A stretch of DNA of 63,095 nt, the filler included, from Hausera hauseri (Eukaryota), in NCBI GenBank assembly GCA_046269625.1. It is 9 parts of 9 records of this genome, joined end to end, with 100 filler letters (N's around TTAATTAATTAA, not from the genome) between each part and the next. Parts side by side here need not be neighbours in the genome. Positions count along the whole stretch, not along the records: positions 47,334 to 63,095 come from JBJURY010388811.1; 8 more parts are not named here. The stretch is one strand, 5' to 3'. Both the position numbers and the translations under genes were made by a program. Below the pieces are notes generated by a model, which searched no databases, was not told the DNA's origin, and was given only the letters and a program-made list of their open reading frames with translations. Below are positions 51,878 through 62,614 of this stretch, piece after piece. The stretch's first letter is position 1; the number at the start of each line of letters is the position of its first letter.

Positions 51878-53026
51878 CTAATCATTGATTCTGTCTCGTT
51901 CAATTGACTTTCTTTGCGCTATTATTCTTTTCCTTTCTAATTTAAAGTTTTCGGCTTTTTCATTTGGTATGAGTAGTAAACAAAAAATTAAACGGTATCG
52001 AATAGTATTTATTCGGCCAGATAATCCTTCTGCGTATACATTACAAAATGAGTATATATCTTGGTAATCCTGTTTAGAGAGTTCTTGATTTAATTTTCGT
52101 TTTAAATATTTATTCAATAAAATTTTAATTTCTTTTTCTTCTATCACTTGTAATGCTTCTTCATCGAGTTTGTCTTTTAACGCTATGATTGAATAAGCTG
52201 TGATATATTGTGTATAAATATCACCTTTACACTGTTGTCTTAGCTCTAATCCGAACCATTCATACAAGGTTAGATGGTAATTGATTACACTATACATTTC
52301 ATGGTCATCAACGTAATATTTTATGCCAGGTAATTCGTTTTTGATTTCTCTTTTAATGTGACTGACTGGCAAAGGGGCTCTATCACCTCGAAGAAATCTT
52401 GTCAAAAATGTCCGTTCAGCTTTACGTCCTATAAATAAGGGTTCATAGTCCATGCTTGATCCGATTATAAGTGACTCATCAGAATTAAAATCATGGCTTA
52501 TATTTAATAAGTCGACTGATCTTATTTTTTCCAACAATTGCGGTATAGTTGATAGTTGTAACTTATGCATAATTAACAGTTCGTGTTTTTTATTTCCAAA
52601 GTGTATAGATTTTATTCCGCATCTATAATTCCATGCCTTGGCTAATTCATGCATAGGGCTATACCATGAAAGCTTTAAACCAGATACATTCATAATTTTA
52701 TCAAATATTATTAATCCTGAGTTATAGTTGGTTCGTTCGTTTTCGTAACGTTGTCTAAATGATCTACCTTCGTGCAGTGTATCCTTAGAAAGTTGGCATT
52801 GGAAGCTGGTGATTAATAGTAAGTTATCTCTCACGAGATGAGTGGTAGGATTATATCTTGATTCTTTCTGGTATTGTTCGAAATATTTCTTGTACGTGTC
52901 GAGATATGAGGTTATAGGTTCTCTTCTAATGTGACTGGGTGTCTCCCATAAACGATTTGCGTATTGAATACTTTGATAGATAGTTGTGTTATTTCTTCGA
53001 CAGACTTGTATTCCATTCTGGTACAT
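51878..53026 (-). CDS. Unknown protein containing repeat-domain copy A
   Basis: 382-aa ORF; YEPLFIG..ERTFLTRFLRG..FGLEL..AYSIIALKDKL..KILLNKYL..GLSGRINTIRYRLIFC. Confidence 0.7.
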   Translation of the reverse strand: MYQNGIQVCRRNNTTIYQSIQYANRLWETPSHIRREPITSYLDTYKKYFEQYQKESRYNPTTHLVRDNLLLITSFQCQLSKDTLHEGRSFRQRYENERTNYNSGLIIFDKIMNVSGLKLSWYSPMHELAKAWNYRCGIKSIHFGNKKHELLIMHKLQLSTIPQLLEKIRSVDLLNISHDFNSDESLIIGSSMDYEPLFIGRKAERTFLTRFLRGDRAPLPVSHIKREIKNELPGIKYYVDDHEMYSVINYHLTLYEWFGLELRQQCKGDIYTQYITAYSIIALKDKLDEEALQVIEEKEIKILLNKYLKRKLNQELSKQDYQDIYSFCNVYAEGLSGRINTIRYRLIFCLLLIPNEKAENFKLERKRIIAQRKSIERDRIND

Positions 53027-53618
53027 TAATAGTGCAGCTCTTTTGGTTGAATCAGATTGTTTAATTTCCCTTTACAATTACAAATGAGTTACATAAGCTT
53101 GTCTGAGATCGTTAATCATCATCCTTTTGTCGGGGTTTTGTTCGAGTATTGCTACTGGGTTTCTGTTGTTTAATGGTAATTTGGCCAAACGGTTGGCTAC
53201 TGTATATAGCTCATATTCTTCAGTTGATAATTCATGACGGTCTTTGCGAAGCTTGTTTATGTCGCGAAGTATTGAAATTATTTTGTTGGTAGTTAAATAT
53301 GGATGTTCGGCTATTGATCCTACTCCTTGTTCTATCAATGTTATGATTATTTGCGTTTCCTCTGAGAGTACGTCAAATGGGGAATAAATTTTTTCCTTTG
53401 TGTAATTAATAATTTTTTCATTCTGTGATATTAGCTGTATATAATGGCGATTTAGCCTGGGCTCCTTCGCATAAGTCTCTAAGTTTAGTTGGACTGGGCT
53501 ATCTAATTTTAACCATTCTGTTGTTTAATCAAAATTCTTAATAAAGATTTGACTTTCTAGTTTATCTTCTTGTAGTCTTTTTCTTTCATAACGCTCTACT
53601 TGTTGAGATAGTGATAAG

Positions 53619-55359
53619 TGTGATGCCCACCGCGGCCGGTGCCCTTCGGCCCATTTTGGTTGGGCAAGGCCGGGCGTCCGATATAGCCGCGTCCGATCCA
53701 TAGTCGGGCCCGATCTTCCGCCTCGAGAATTTCGCCCGCTGAACTTTCAAGCGATATTCAAAATATTTTATTTTCAGTTATTTAATGCCACCGATTTGTT
53801 TGTTTGGTTAGAAATGGAACATTACTTCCAATGATTTCGTGTTTATTTCCATATTTGAAAGTCCCACGTACTCTGGGATAGTTTTGTTGTTAATAGCTTA
53901 TCCTACACCGAATTATGTTTGGCCTACATGCAACGTATCGTCGGTTGCTTTGATTTGCCAAATCACATCATTCTCGGTTTTCTTCCAAAATGTCTTTCTG
54001 TCAGTTGCATTAGTTGTATGTAGCAGTCCTGGCACTATTATGGACGACCGTAAACGATCTGCTGTTCTGTGCACTATTTACGTTAAATTGACATTTCATC
54101 CGACTGAATTCAATTTTTGTCATAAAGAATTAGTGCTCGTCAAACAAATGCACATCCATTCAATTATCAAATACGACAAACGACAAAAACAAAAATGTTG
54201 ATACATACCGAACACAACTAGAAAAGAAACTGCATAAAAATGCTTTCACCGATGCCGTTACTTTCGTTGAAGCAAAACCGGAGTCAAACGTCTCTATTTA
54301 GCTGCCTGATTAATTGCTTTTAATATTCTATATCTCATGGTTGGATACCATGCAGCATTTCTTGCTATTTTCATTGGTTTTGTTTACCCGTCTTATTGTA
54401 GTGCCAAAGCAATTGAAACAAAAGACGGTGCCACAAAACGGCTGACGTATTGGGTTGTTTACGCTACGTTCAGTCTTATAAAATTCTTTACGGACATTTT
54501 CCTGTTTTGGATTCCGTTTTATGCCTTATTGAAATGTATATTCCTTATTTATTGCATGGCAACAACAAATTGGAACGGTTCAGTTGCAATTTACTATGGA
54601 ATCATTCGACCGTTCATTCTTAGTCATGAAAAGAAAATTGATTCGGAAATTTCACACACTGCACGAGTCGTTGCAGATTCTGCTGAAGAAGCCTAGAGAT
54701 CATCCAACGAGTACAAAACGGAATAATCAAATATAGTGTTCTATTTATTTACAAACAGATAATAATGTAATAAACGGACAAAATTTTGACTCCCACTTGT
54801 CCAATTTTGTGTTCTAACGCTTGTTATTTTTTGATTATTTAAAATTAGTTTGTACTTGAATTACTTAACATTTATTGTTTTGATTTATCGTAATAAAGTC
54901 TGGCTTTACATCCAAACTATATATGTGGTCTGTAATTTCATTTAATCACCGTGTATTCCCTTTTAAGCTGCATGTGTGTATGATTATTAGAAGGTCATTG
55001 GCAAAAAAGAAAAAATTAAATTATGGAGTTTGCTTTTCAATTTAAATCTTATTTCTCCATTTTAAAAAAAATTTGTTTTCAAAGTTCATTGTGTGATCAT
55101 ATTTCGATTGTTACCAGGATCTTACGTATTCGACTCATTACGTGCCAAGTTAAAAAATAACGGAAATTTTGGATTATTTATTCTGTTATCAAATTCTACT
55201 AATCCCAATATTTTTAGTGATTGAATTCAAAATAAAAAGGACGGTTCTAATCGCGACAAATTTGTTCGGAGCTAGGTTATACACCTAATTTACTTTTCGT
55301 GGAGAAAAGAACAAGGCAACATCTGGATTTCGCTTATTCAATTAATATTATAAATAACA
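53619..55359. mobile_element. 1741-bp TGT...ACA insertion (solo-LTR-like) with 5-bp TSD ATAAG
   Basis: ATAAG at 53614-53618 and 55360-55364. Excision restores the open minus-strand frame ..QNTVPNPY|LSLSQQVERYERK.. Confidence 0.75.
54190..54696 (+). pseudogene. REEP5: Intronless REEP5/DP1/Yop1 (TB2/DP1-HVA22 family) copy
   Basis: LEKKLH.KNAFTD..GVKRLYL..IGFVYPSYCSAKAIETK..LTYWVVYATFS..LFWIPFYALLKCIFLIYCMA..NGS..IY..IIRPF; frameshifts and a stop in the N-terminus. Confidence 0.88.
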
Positions 55360-56119
55360 ATAAGTATGGGTTTGGTACGGTGTTTTGGGATTCACTTCAC
55401 CCTATTCGCCTGAAGCAATATTCGCTCGTGGGATGAATATTTTCTTTATTTCTCTCGGGTAATAGAGACTTATTAATTGATATTTCTTTTATCGTTGCCA
55501 ATGTTTGACGTTTCATATATTTCAGTTTGATAGTTGGAACTTATGTTATGGTATGTCCTTCAGTTAGGATAATCTCTTCGTCCTTACTACTATTTGATTG
55601 TTTAAATTTCTTCATGAGAAACATTAAATTTACTAGGATCAGTAATAATAACCATATAGATGAGATTTCTTGCTTAGTACCAATTGTCGTAAATGCGGCT
55701 TCAGCCGTTCCGAATAATATGAATGGTATAAAAAGTAATATTAATGTTGAGTAAGTAAACCCGTTAATAATTTTGCCAGAGTGACTTTCGTCTAGCGTTA
55801 ATAGGATGTCCGTATTACTTTCCTTGTTGATATATGAATCCTTCTGCTATATTTGCTGTGTTATGTTGATAGTTTCAGATTTATCCTGATTGATATTACT
55901 ATTGTCCATTGTCTGGTTTTTATGATTGTTGGTTTCCGTTACTACAAATGGGTTATGATCGTCATTTCTTTTTATGTCGTTACAGTTATTATCGCTATGT
56001 AGTGTATCTTCTTGTTCTTCCAATTTGGATAATTCTTCGTTACAGTGTATGGGTAGTATGTGTTTCTCAAAGGTATTCAATCGTCGTATATTTTTTGTCA
56101 ATTGTGGTGCCGTTTCTTT

Positions 56120-57631
56120 TTCATTATCTGGTTTTAGTCGGCAGACATTTATTAACCTTTCCGTTCTTCTTTAAATGGTTTATCTATTTCTTTGTCGTCG
56201 TTTAATTCGCAAAATATTAGATTGTAGCGTATGTCATTTAATTTGCCTGAAAATCCACTTGCATTCACGATGTCGAATTTATCTACATCTTCGTAATCAG
56301 AAGGGGTCAGTGGTGTTTTTTCTTCTCAATTCAGATAATTATTCCATAATATTCGTGCTTCTTCTTCATAAGCATCTATTTCATCCTGAGTAAGTTCGTC
56401 TTTTATCGCCATAAGTGTGTATGTCAACCAACAATTGATCATAAAGGAGTCTGTTTGGACCTTATTTATTAACTCTTCGCCGTAATTTTTAAATAGTCCC
56501 AGACATCTATCGACCAGTTTGGCAATTTTTTTTTGGAAGTTTATTTGCTATTAGTTCAGGGAAATTCTTTAAAGGAGATTCATTAAATACGCTGCGGGAA
56601 ATAATAATGGTATTCCTTTTAAGAAGCTAGTAATCAGCACACGTTCTCTACGGCTTCCGACGAATAAAGGTTGATATTTAGTTTTGTCTCCATACACTAT
56701 GCTTTCTTCGTGGGTTAGTCGGTATTTTTCTATTAATGGGTCGAACGACCAAAGGCAACGTATTATTTGTAATGTAGATTGGGTCTCTAGTCGAGTTTTT
56801 AACAGTGATTCATGTTTTGGACATATGGGTTTGTTGATTGGTGTCCCCATTACATCATCCCAAGTTTCTATCATTATATTGGTAGGTTGTAACCATATGG
56901 GTTGTAGGGATATTTCCATTAAAATTTGTTGAAGCAAGTAAAATCCCTCGTAGTATACCTTAGTTCGAAAATCATTCGATGTGTAGGGTAATGACGTATT
57001 GGTTGAAATTTTATAAGACGTATACAGGATGCTAGCTATCTGTAGCAATTGGTATTTATAATCCGATTCTTTAAAGTTTATTCCTGTTTCTTGTTTTATC
57101 CGATCGAAATATGGTTCATATAGGACTATATAATTTTATGAAGTCTTTCTGTTCCTCGTTGGGTAATTAATCTATACTACCTCCTAACAATAGACAATTA
57201 ATAATGTCTCTGTCCCATTCATGGGGAGTCTCTCCGAATATACAAAGTGTGGTAGTATGCTGGTCATCGTGAAGCATGGTGACGGGTTGGTCATCTTTTG
57301 GTTCGATGTCGTTTAGCCATTGTTCGGTTCCATTTGCTATAGGGTGTAACTTTATTGTGGTGTTCAAAATATATCGGTCGTGCGGATATATTTCCATTGA
57401 ATGGGTGACGAGATGCCGTATTGGTTGATATACTAACCTATGTATTACTCGGTCTAATTCCTCTATGACTGACGAGAGACTGCTTGGATTTGTTCTTAGA
57501 GTGTTTATTACCCTAGAGTAAGGAATTATCTCGTTGGCCATGGCATAATTGTAGTCACGTAGAGGATCTATTATGTTTGCTACGGTTGCTAGAATTGTGC
57601 TAGTTTCGGGTGTCATCATTACTGACGTCAT
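56120..57631 (-). pseudogene. Unknown protein containing repeat-domain copy B
   Basis: YQPLFVG..ERVLITSFLKG, then after a frameshift RCLGLFKNYGEEL..NCWLTYTLMAIKDEL..EARILWNNYL..GFSGKLNDIRYNLIFC. Confidence 0.7.
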
Positions 57632-58135
57632 GTTAAGATCCTCTTGTATTGTTTCTGTTTAATCTGATCCAAGTAATTGTCCAGTTCTATATGGTTTATA
57701 TTCGCTTCCGCTCTTGTTTAGTCCATCCATGGCGTCTTGTATGGGTTTATGTAATTATTTCCATTCTTTAGTATTAGTATAGTCTTTTGGAATATCTCTT
57801 TGGGACAGTAATATTTTTGTTTCTTTGTAGGGGGTTGATGTTTTAATTCGATATTTCTTCTATCTTTGTATTGATTTGGATATGATACCCTCTTTTCTTT
57901 ATGAGAGGAACAGTCGTGATGTACTTTTCCTTTCTGATATTCTCTTACTATTTGTATTAGACTAAAATAATTGTCATCATGTTTTACTTGTTGGTGATAT
58001 GGTTCTTCAAATGATTGTCCGTCGAGTGAAGAGTTCGGCTAGACCTTTTTGGTTACATGACCTAATATTCCATTTGTCAGTTATGTGTGTCCTATTAGGT
58101 GTCTTTGAATATTTAACATGGCGGAAGCTATATAC

Positions 58136-59883
58136 TAGGGCGAGTTGTATTTATGTTCCAAAATGGTTTTGATATAAATTAGATCTTTACGTTCTATCTT
58201 GAAAAGTTCTGCTATCTCTTGATCGTCGTCCAACATGCAAATTAGTAGTCTGTAACGCAGAGAATTTAGATTACCAGACAATCCTCCGACGTTTACTTGT
58301 TCCAATCGACTAATTCTTTTGTTATCTTTTCTAGTTAAAAGAGTGTCTCTATCTCTACGTAGATAGTCATTTTATAGTATTCGGGCTTCTTCCTTTTCCA
58401 TCTCCTCTATTTCTTCTTCTCTTAGTTCGTCCTTTAAAGTCATTAGCGTATATGTTAACCAACAATTGACTGTAAACGAATTCTTTATTTTCTGGTTTAT
58501 TAATTCTCCGCCAAAATTCTTGAATAGTCCGATGCATCTTACTCCTGCTTCATCGGCTCTTTTTTGGGATATATAGGCATCGCATAATGGGGATGTCTCT
58601 TGCAATAAGGTAAGTATACTTACAATAGGGATTTATGATATCTCTTATCTTAATAAATGAGTAAAAAAGATTCGTTGTTGTGGGCTTTCAATAAATAGGG
58701 TTTTATACCTCATTACATCTCCGTCAAGGGAACAATTCAATGTCAATGTCTTCTTAATGTAAGCATTTTTATCATCGCACGTCAGCCCGCTATTTTTCCA
58801 GTTCCAATCAAAAGTATGGACGCGATGTATCAATTCTGATAAGGTGTGTGTGCTGTGGTTTAGATTTGACATTAATTGTGTTTCGCAGATTTCCTTTAGA
58901 GTCTGTGCTAATTCTCGATAGTCTGAGTGTTCTTCTGTCGGTTGGTTAATGTAAAGGGATTCCAGTGATTTTCCTGCATTATTTTCGGGGAATTCGTTTG
59001 TTATGCAATCTGAGATGTTAAGTGTTTTAGGTTCTCTTTTATTGGGATGTCCATTCCAACTAAATGTTGGGATGCGTATTATCTTCCAGGATCCATTTGT
59101 TTTATCTTTATCACTAAAGAATTTACCTAACATTAGCAACGAGAGTAACCACAATAATACTGAGGTCCATGTGGGACTCAGGTGTTGTGATGTAGTCTCA
59201 GCTGCGTTTGCTATATTGATCATAAATAGAAAACATATTCCCATGAAAAGTAACGTTCCCAATGGGAACGTAGAATAACCCTTTATTCCTGAAGATTCTC
59301 GTTTTTTATCCTTTTCTTGAAGGGGTTGGATATGCATGGCTCTTGTCTCGTTAGAGATTTTATCCATATATTTAATTCTGTTTCCTGCAAATTGTAGTTA
59401 ATCAATTTTCATCTACTGTTTTGGAGGGAGATAGCTATCTAAGGGTTGTTCCATTTTTCTATTCCAAGCTCGTTTTACTTCTTCTACTTCATTAATGATT
59501 TCTCGACCTCCTATATTTAGATTATGGTGTTTATAAATTTTTAACACCCGGCTGGCTGCCACATAATAATGGTGTTGTGATTTTCTTGTACTGGCTAAGT
59601 CGGGAATTGTATAATATACCTCTTCACAACTTATGTTTATTAGAAGTTTATCCAGTGGGGACAATGTATTGGAATCCAATTTCGGATCTTCGCAAATTAG
59701 TTTCATTACGGGCCTATATTGTTCGTCTGTTATCCCGCACTTTTCGTGATATTTACCGAGAAAATCGCTTAATTCCATTACACTATTTATGGGTCTCTTG
59801 ACTAGTTGCAGTGCGTGATTAATAGGCTCTGAATTGGCTAGCAGAAAATTTTCCAATCGGTGTCGGTTTGCAGCCTCTCTCAT
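58136..59883 (-). pseudogene. Unknown protein: TM pair plus repeat-domain copy C
   Basis: One frame with isolated stops: ..MINIANA-AETT..TM..YKTLFIE..QRIFFTHLLR*..RCIGLFKNFGGEL..NCWLTYTLMTLKDEL..EARIL*NDYL..GLSGNLNSLRYRLLIC. Confidence 0.7.
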
Positions 59884-60572
59884 TAAAGGGAGTGGTGGTA
59901 GATTTTTCCCTTTTGTTGAGGTAATTCGAGGTAATTTTGTTCAAATAATTTGACTTTTTTGCATTGTACTCGCCCACCGCGGTCCGATCTCATTGTTCTA
60001 ATTTTGTTATTTATTAGTGGTTTATTGATTTCATCAGGCTGGTATTTTTTAATTTTTTCTTTTAGGAGTCTAATATTTTCTTCTGCCTCTTGTAATTTTT
60101 CATTTATAGTGCTATAACGTGCAGGTGTTTGGAATTTATTTGTGATTTGCAATTCTATCAAGTCGGGATAAATGGAAGTTGTTGATACTGGTCTTGGTAA
60201 GTCTTGTAAAGAATTTCGTAATGGTTTCTTCGGAATACTCGTTATGATAGATACTGAATAGGTGGCCATTTTGGTTATTGAGGGTAAGGGCACTTGTCTT
60301 CTTCTATGGTCATTCGAAGAGAGATTAACTGCTTCCTCCTCGTCGCTTGTCATATTACTTTGAAACACATAATATACATATATCAACAATAGTACAACTG
60401 CACTACTCCAAGAGTTAGTCGTGGTAGTGACTGAGGTTGGTTGGGCGTTCGCGCATCCAAATATAATGAGTAATATTAAGGTTATCAAGGTTATGGTAGA
60501 CAAATTAAAAGGATTTCCGAAGATGATTGTGGGGGTATTGGTTGAAGGTGTTTCTATTATTCGAATTTGCAT
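59883..60572 (-). CDS. Signal-peptide/TM pair followed by a coiled coil
   Basis: FNLSTITLITLILLIIFGCANA-QPTS..SSAVVLLLIYVYYVFQSN..EEE, then INEKLQEAEENIRLLKEKIKK. Confidence 0.6.
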   Translation of the reverse strand: MQIRIIETPSTNTPTIIFGNPFNLSTITLITLILLIIFGCANAQPTSVTTTTNSWSSAVVLLLIYVYYVFQSNMTSDEEEAVNLSSNDHRRRQVPLPSITKMATYSVSIITSIPKKPLRNSLQDLPRPVSTTSIYPDLIELQITNKFQTPARYSTINEKLQEAEENIRLLKEKIKKYQPDEINKPLINNKIRTMRSDRGGRVQCKKVKLFEQNYLELPQQKGKIYHHSL

Positions 60573-60602
60573 TATTCTTTGAGCTAGTGGGGATTCTGTA
60601 TT

Positions 60603-61100
60603 CTATTCAGTCGTTTGCTTTAATGTAACATAATATAATGAGGGTGGAACAGTCTCTTCCCCTGGTGCGAACCACCACTGATCATTAGTCTGAGGATTTG
60701 TATCTTGGTATCCTTCGCAATTGAATACAATTGATCTTCCAATGACTTTGAGTACTGCTCCTATCAGTTTGGGTAGTACATCTAAACCAATAATAAGATC
60801 AGAATACGACTCTTGTGGGTTGGCGTAGCAAGTAACATCAATATATCCTATGGTTAAATCTAATTTTCCGCACGCATCGGGTATATAATGAGTAATTCGT
60901 CTATATAATCGTAAATTTATGCGGGTCAATGTGGTAGTGATATCGAGTTCCGCATTAACATACTTACCGTATACTTTGACTAATATTGGTGTTAAGAGAG
61001 GGTAATCGTTATAGCTTTGAAGATAATGCATATTATATAATAATTCTAACCCTTTTATTTCGTCATCTAATTCGTTTACGTTTTTCGGTACTTCTCCCAA
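60603..61100 (-). CDS. Degenerate retropepsin-like domain 2
   Basis: ILVKVYGKYVNAELDITTTLTRI (cf. ALLDTGA)..GKLDLTIG..SDLIIGLDVL. Confidence 0.6.
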   Translation of the reverse strand: MGEVPKNVNELDDEIKGLELLYNMHYLQSYNDYPLLTPILVKVYGKYVNAELDITTTLTRINLRLYRRITHYIPDACGKLDLTIGYIDVTCYANPQESYSDLIIGLDVLPKLIGAVLKVIGRSIVFNCEGYQDTNPQTNDQWWFAPGEETVPPSLYYVTLKQTTE

Positions 61101-61109
61101 TCTTTCTTT

Positions 61110-61470
61110 TTTTCCAGTGAGTTTGTAGCTACGTCTATCACGATATCATAATATATTGGCGTATCTCTACCTATGATACAAGGGATTGTAGTATTTTGTA
61201 GTATGTGATACAGGATCTTTGATCGTTTACTTTTCAATTTAGTTAGGCAGTGACTACGCCTATTACTTTTAAATGGTTTCCGTTTATTAGCTTGTGATTT
61301 ATTTCGCTGCTTTCGATTAGTTTCAATTTCAGAGTTTCCATCGTAGTTTTGTTTAAATAATTTTTTGCGGTTCCTTTATCTACTCTTGCTTCTATTTCAC
61401 CTTTATTTATGGTTATCGTTGTGGTTACAGTATTATTTGATCCACCGCCTATGAATGTAATCGTCGTATT
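61110..61470 (-). pseudogene. Retropepsin-like domain 1, directly after the integrase (not in the ORF track)
   Basis: ITINKGEIEARVDKGTAKNYL..INGNHLKVIG; after a frameshift YHILQNTTIPCIIGRD..DIVIDVATNSL. Confidence 0.7.
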
Positions 61471-62614
61471 CTTGTCTTAAACTGCATTCTGCTCCTTAAT
61501 GGGTATTTACACGATGGTGTTTGTTCCAATTTACATTCTTTGGATGTTGGTCTACATCGTTGCGCACTTATCCAAGAAGTTTTATTAGGGTTGGATAGAT
61601 TCTGTAGTTCTAAACTTGATTCAGTTATTTGTAGTATTTTGTATGGTCCTTTGTAAGGTAATTTTAGTTTAGGGCTTTTGCCTGGTTTACAGGTCTCATC
61701 CAATATGTTGACTAGATCTCCAATTCGATATATATATATATGGGGTTTTGCCTTTTTATCATATTGATGTTTATAATTTCTTGGTGGTATTTAATTTTTA
61801 ATCCGGCTCTGATCCATGCTTCTTGTAATCTTTCTTGTAGAATTGTTACATAATCCGGTTTCTCCATCATTTGTGATTGTGGCTGTCTATATTTTAAATC
61901 AATTGGCACAATATCTCGTCTACCATACAGTAAAAAGAATGGTAATTCTCAAGTTGTTGTATGGAGACTTTGTCGGTAGGCATATACACAAGTTTTTATA
62001 TACAAATCCCAATCAGCTGGATGGTCATATGGGTAGCTAGATATCATAATTGAAAATTGTTTATTAAAGGCTTCCACTGGGCCATTGGCTTGAGTATAAG
62101 GTGAGATAAGTTTGTGATTAACTCCTAATATTGTTAGTACTTTTTCCATAAGTTCGCTGCAAAAGGTGCTTCCTCTATTGGATATCACTGTCATTGGCAC
62201 TTAATATTCAAATATTACGTCATCGACTAATCTTCTGGGCATAAAATCCGTGGTTCGATTTACTATTGGCATTACTATTGGAAATTTTGAGTGGTAATCT
62301 ATTGCTGTAAGTACACATGTATTTCCTCTGGCGGTGGTTGGTAATGGACCCACTATGTCAACACCTATACAAACAAATGGTGATGCTAAAACTGATACCG
62401 GTTTTAGTGGTGTTTTTCTTGCTTGGATATTTCCTCTTCTTTGTGAACATACGTGACAATTTTTACACCAATCATTCACGACATCTGCTATCTTTGGCCA
62501 ATAATACTTTTGCTTAAGTCTGCCTAGTGTAGCTTTATAACCTCGGTGTCCGCCGAGTTGTCCGTCATGGTAGTGTAGTAAAAGTTTTATGCGAATGTGT
62601 TTTGGTACAACCAT
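61449..62614 (-). pseudogene. Gypsy-type integrase (H2C2, core, GPY/F)
   Basis: HDGQLGGHRG..YYWP..CHVC; PFVCIGVDIVGPLP..IDYHSKF; SNRGSTF; QANGPVEAFN; KLKLPYKGPY; YPLRSR. Confidence 0.93.

Noticed and set aside
51528-59278. Plus-strand ORFs 51528-51881, 55527-55754, 56684-56932 and 59003-59278
   Set aside because: They are antisense shadows of the minus-strand coding frames, with no independent motifs.
47599-61470. Stop-codon reassignment (TAA/TAG as sense) to explain the in-frame stops
   Set aside because: Stops align to different residues in the paralogs (W, G), TGA also occurs, and frameshifts are present. Neutral decay explains this better.
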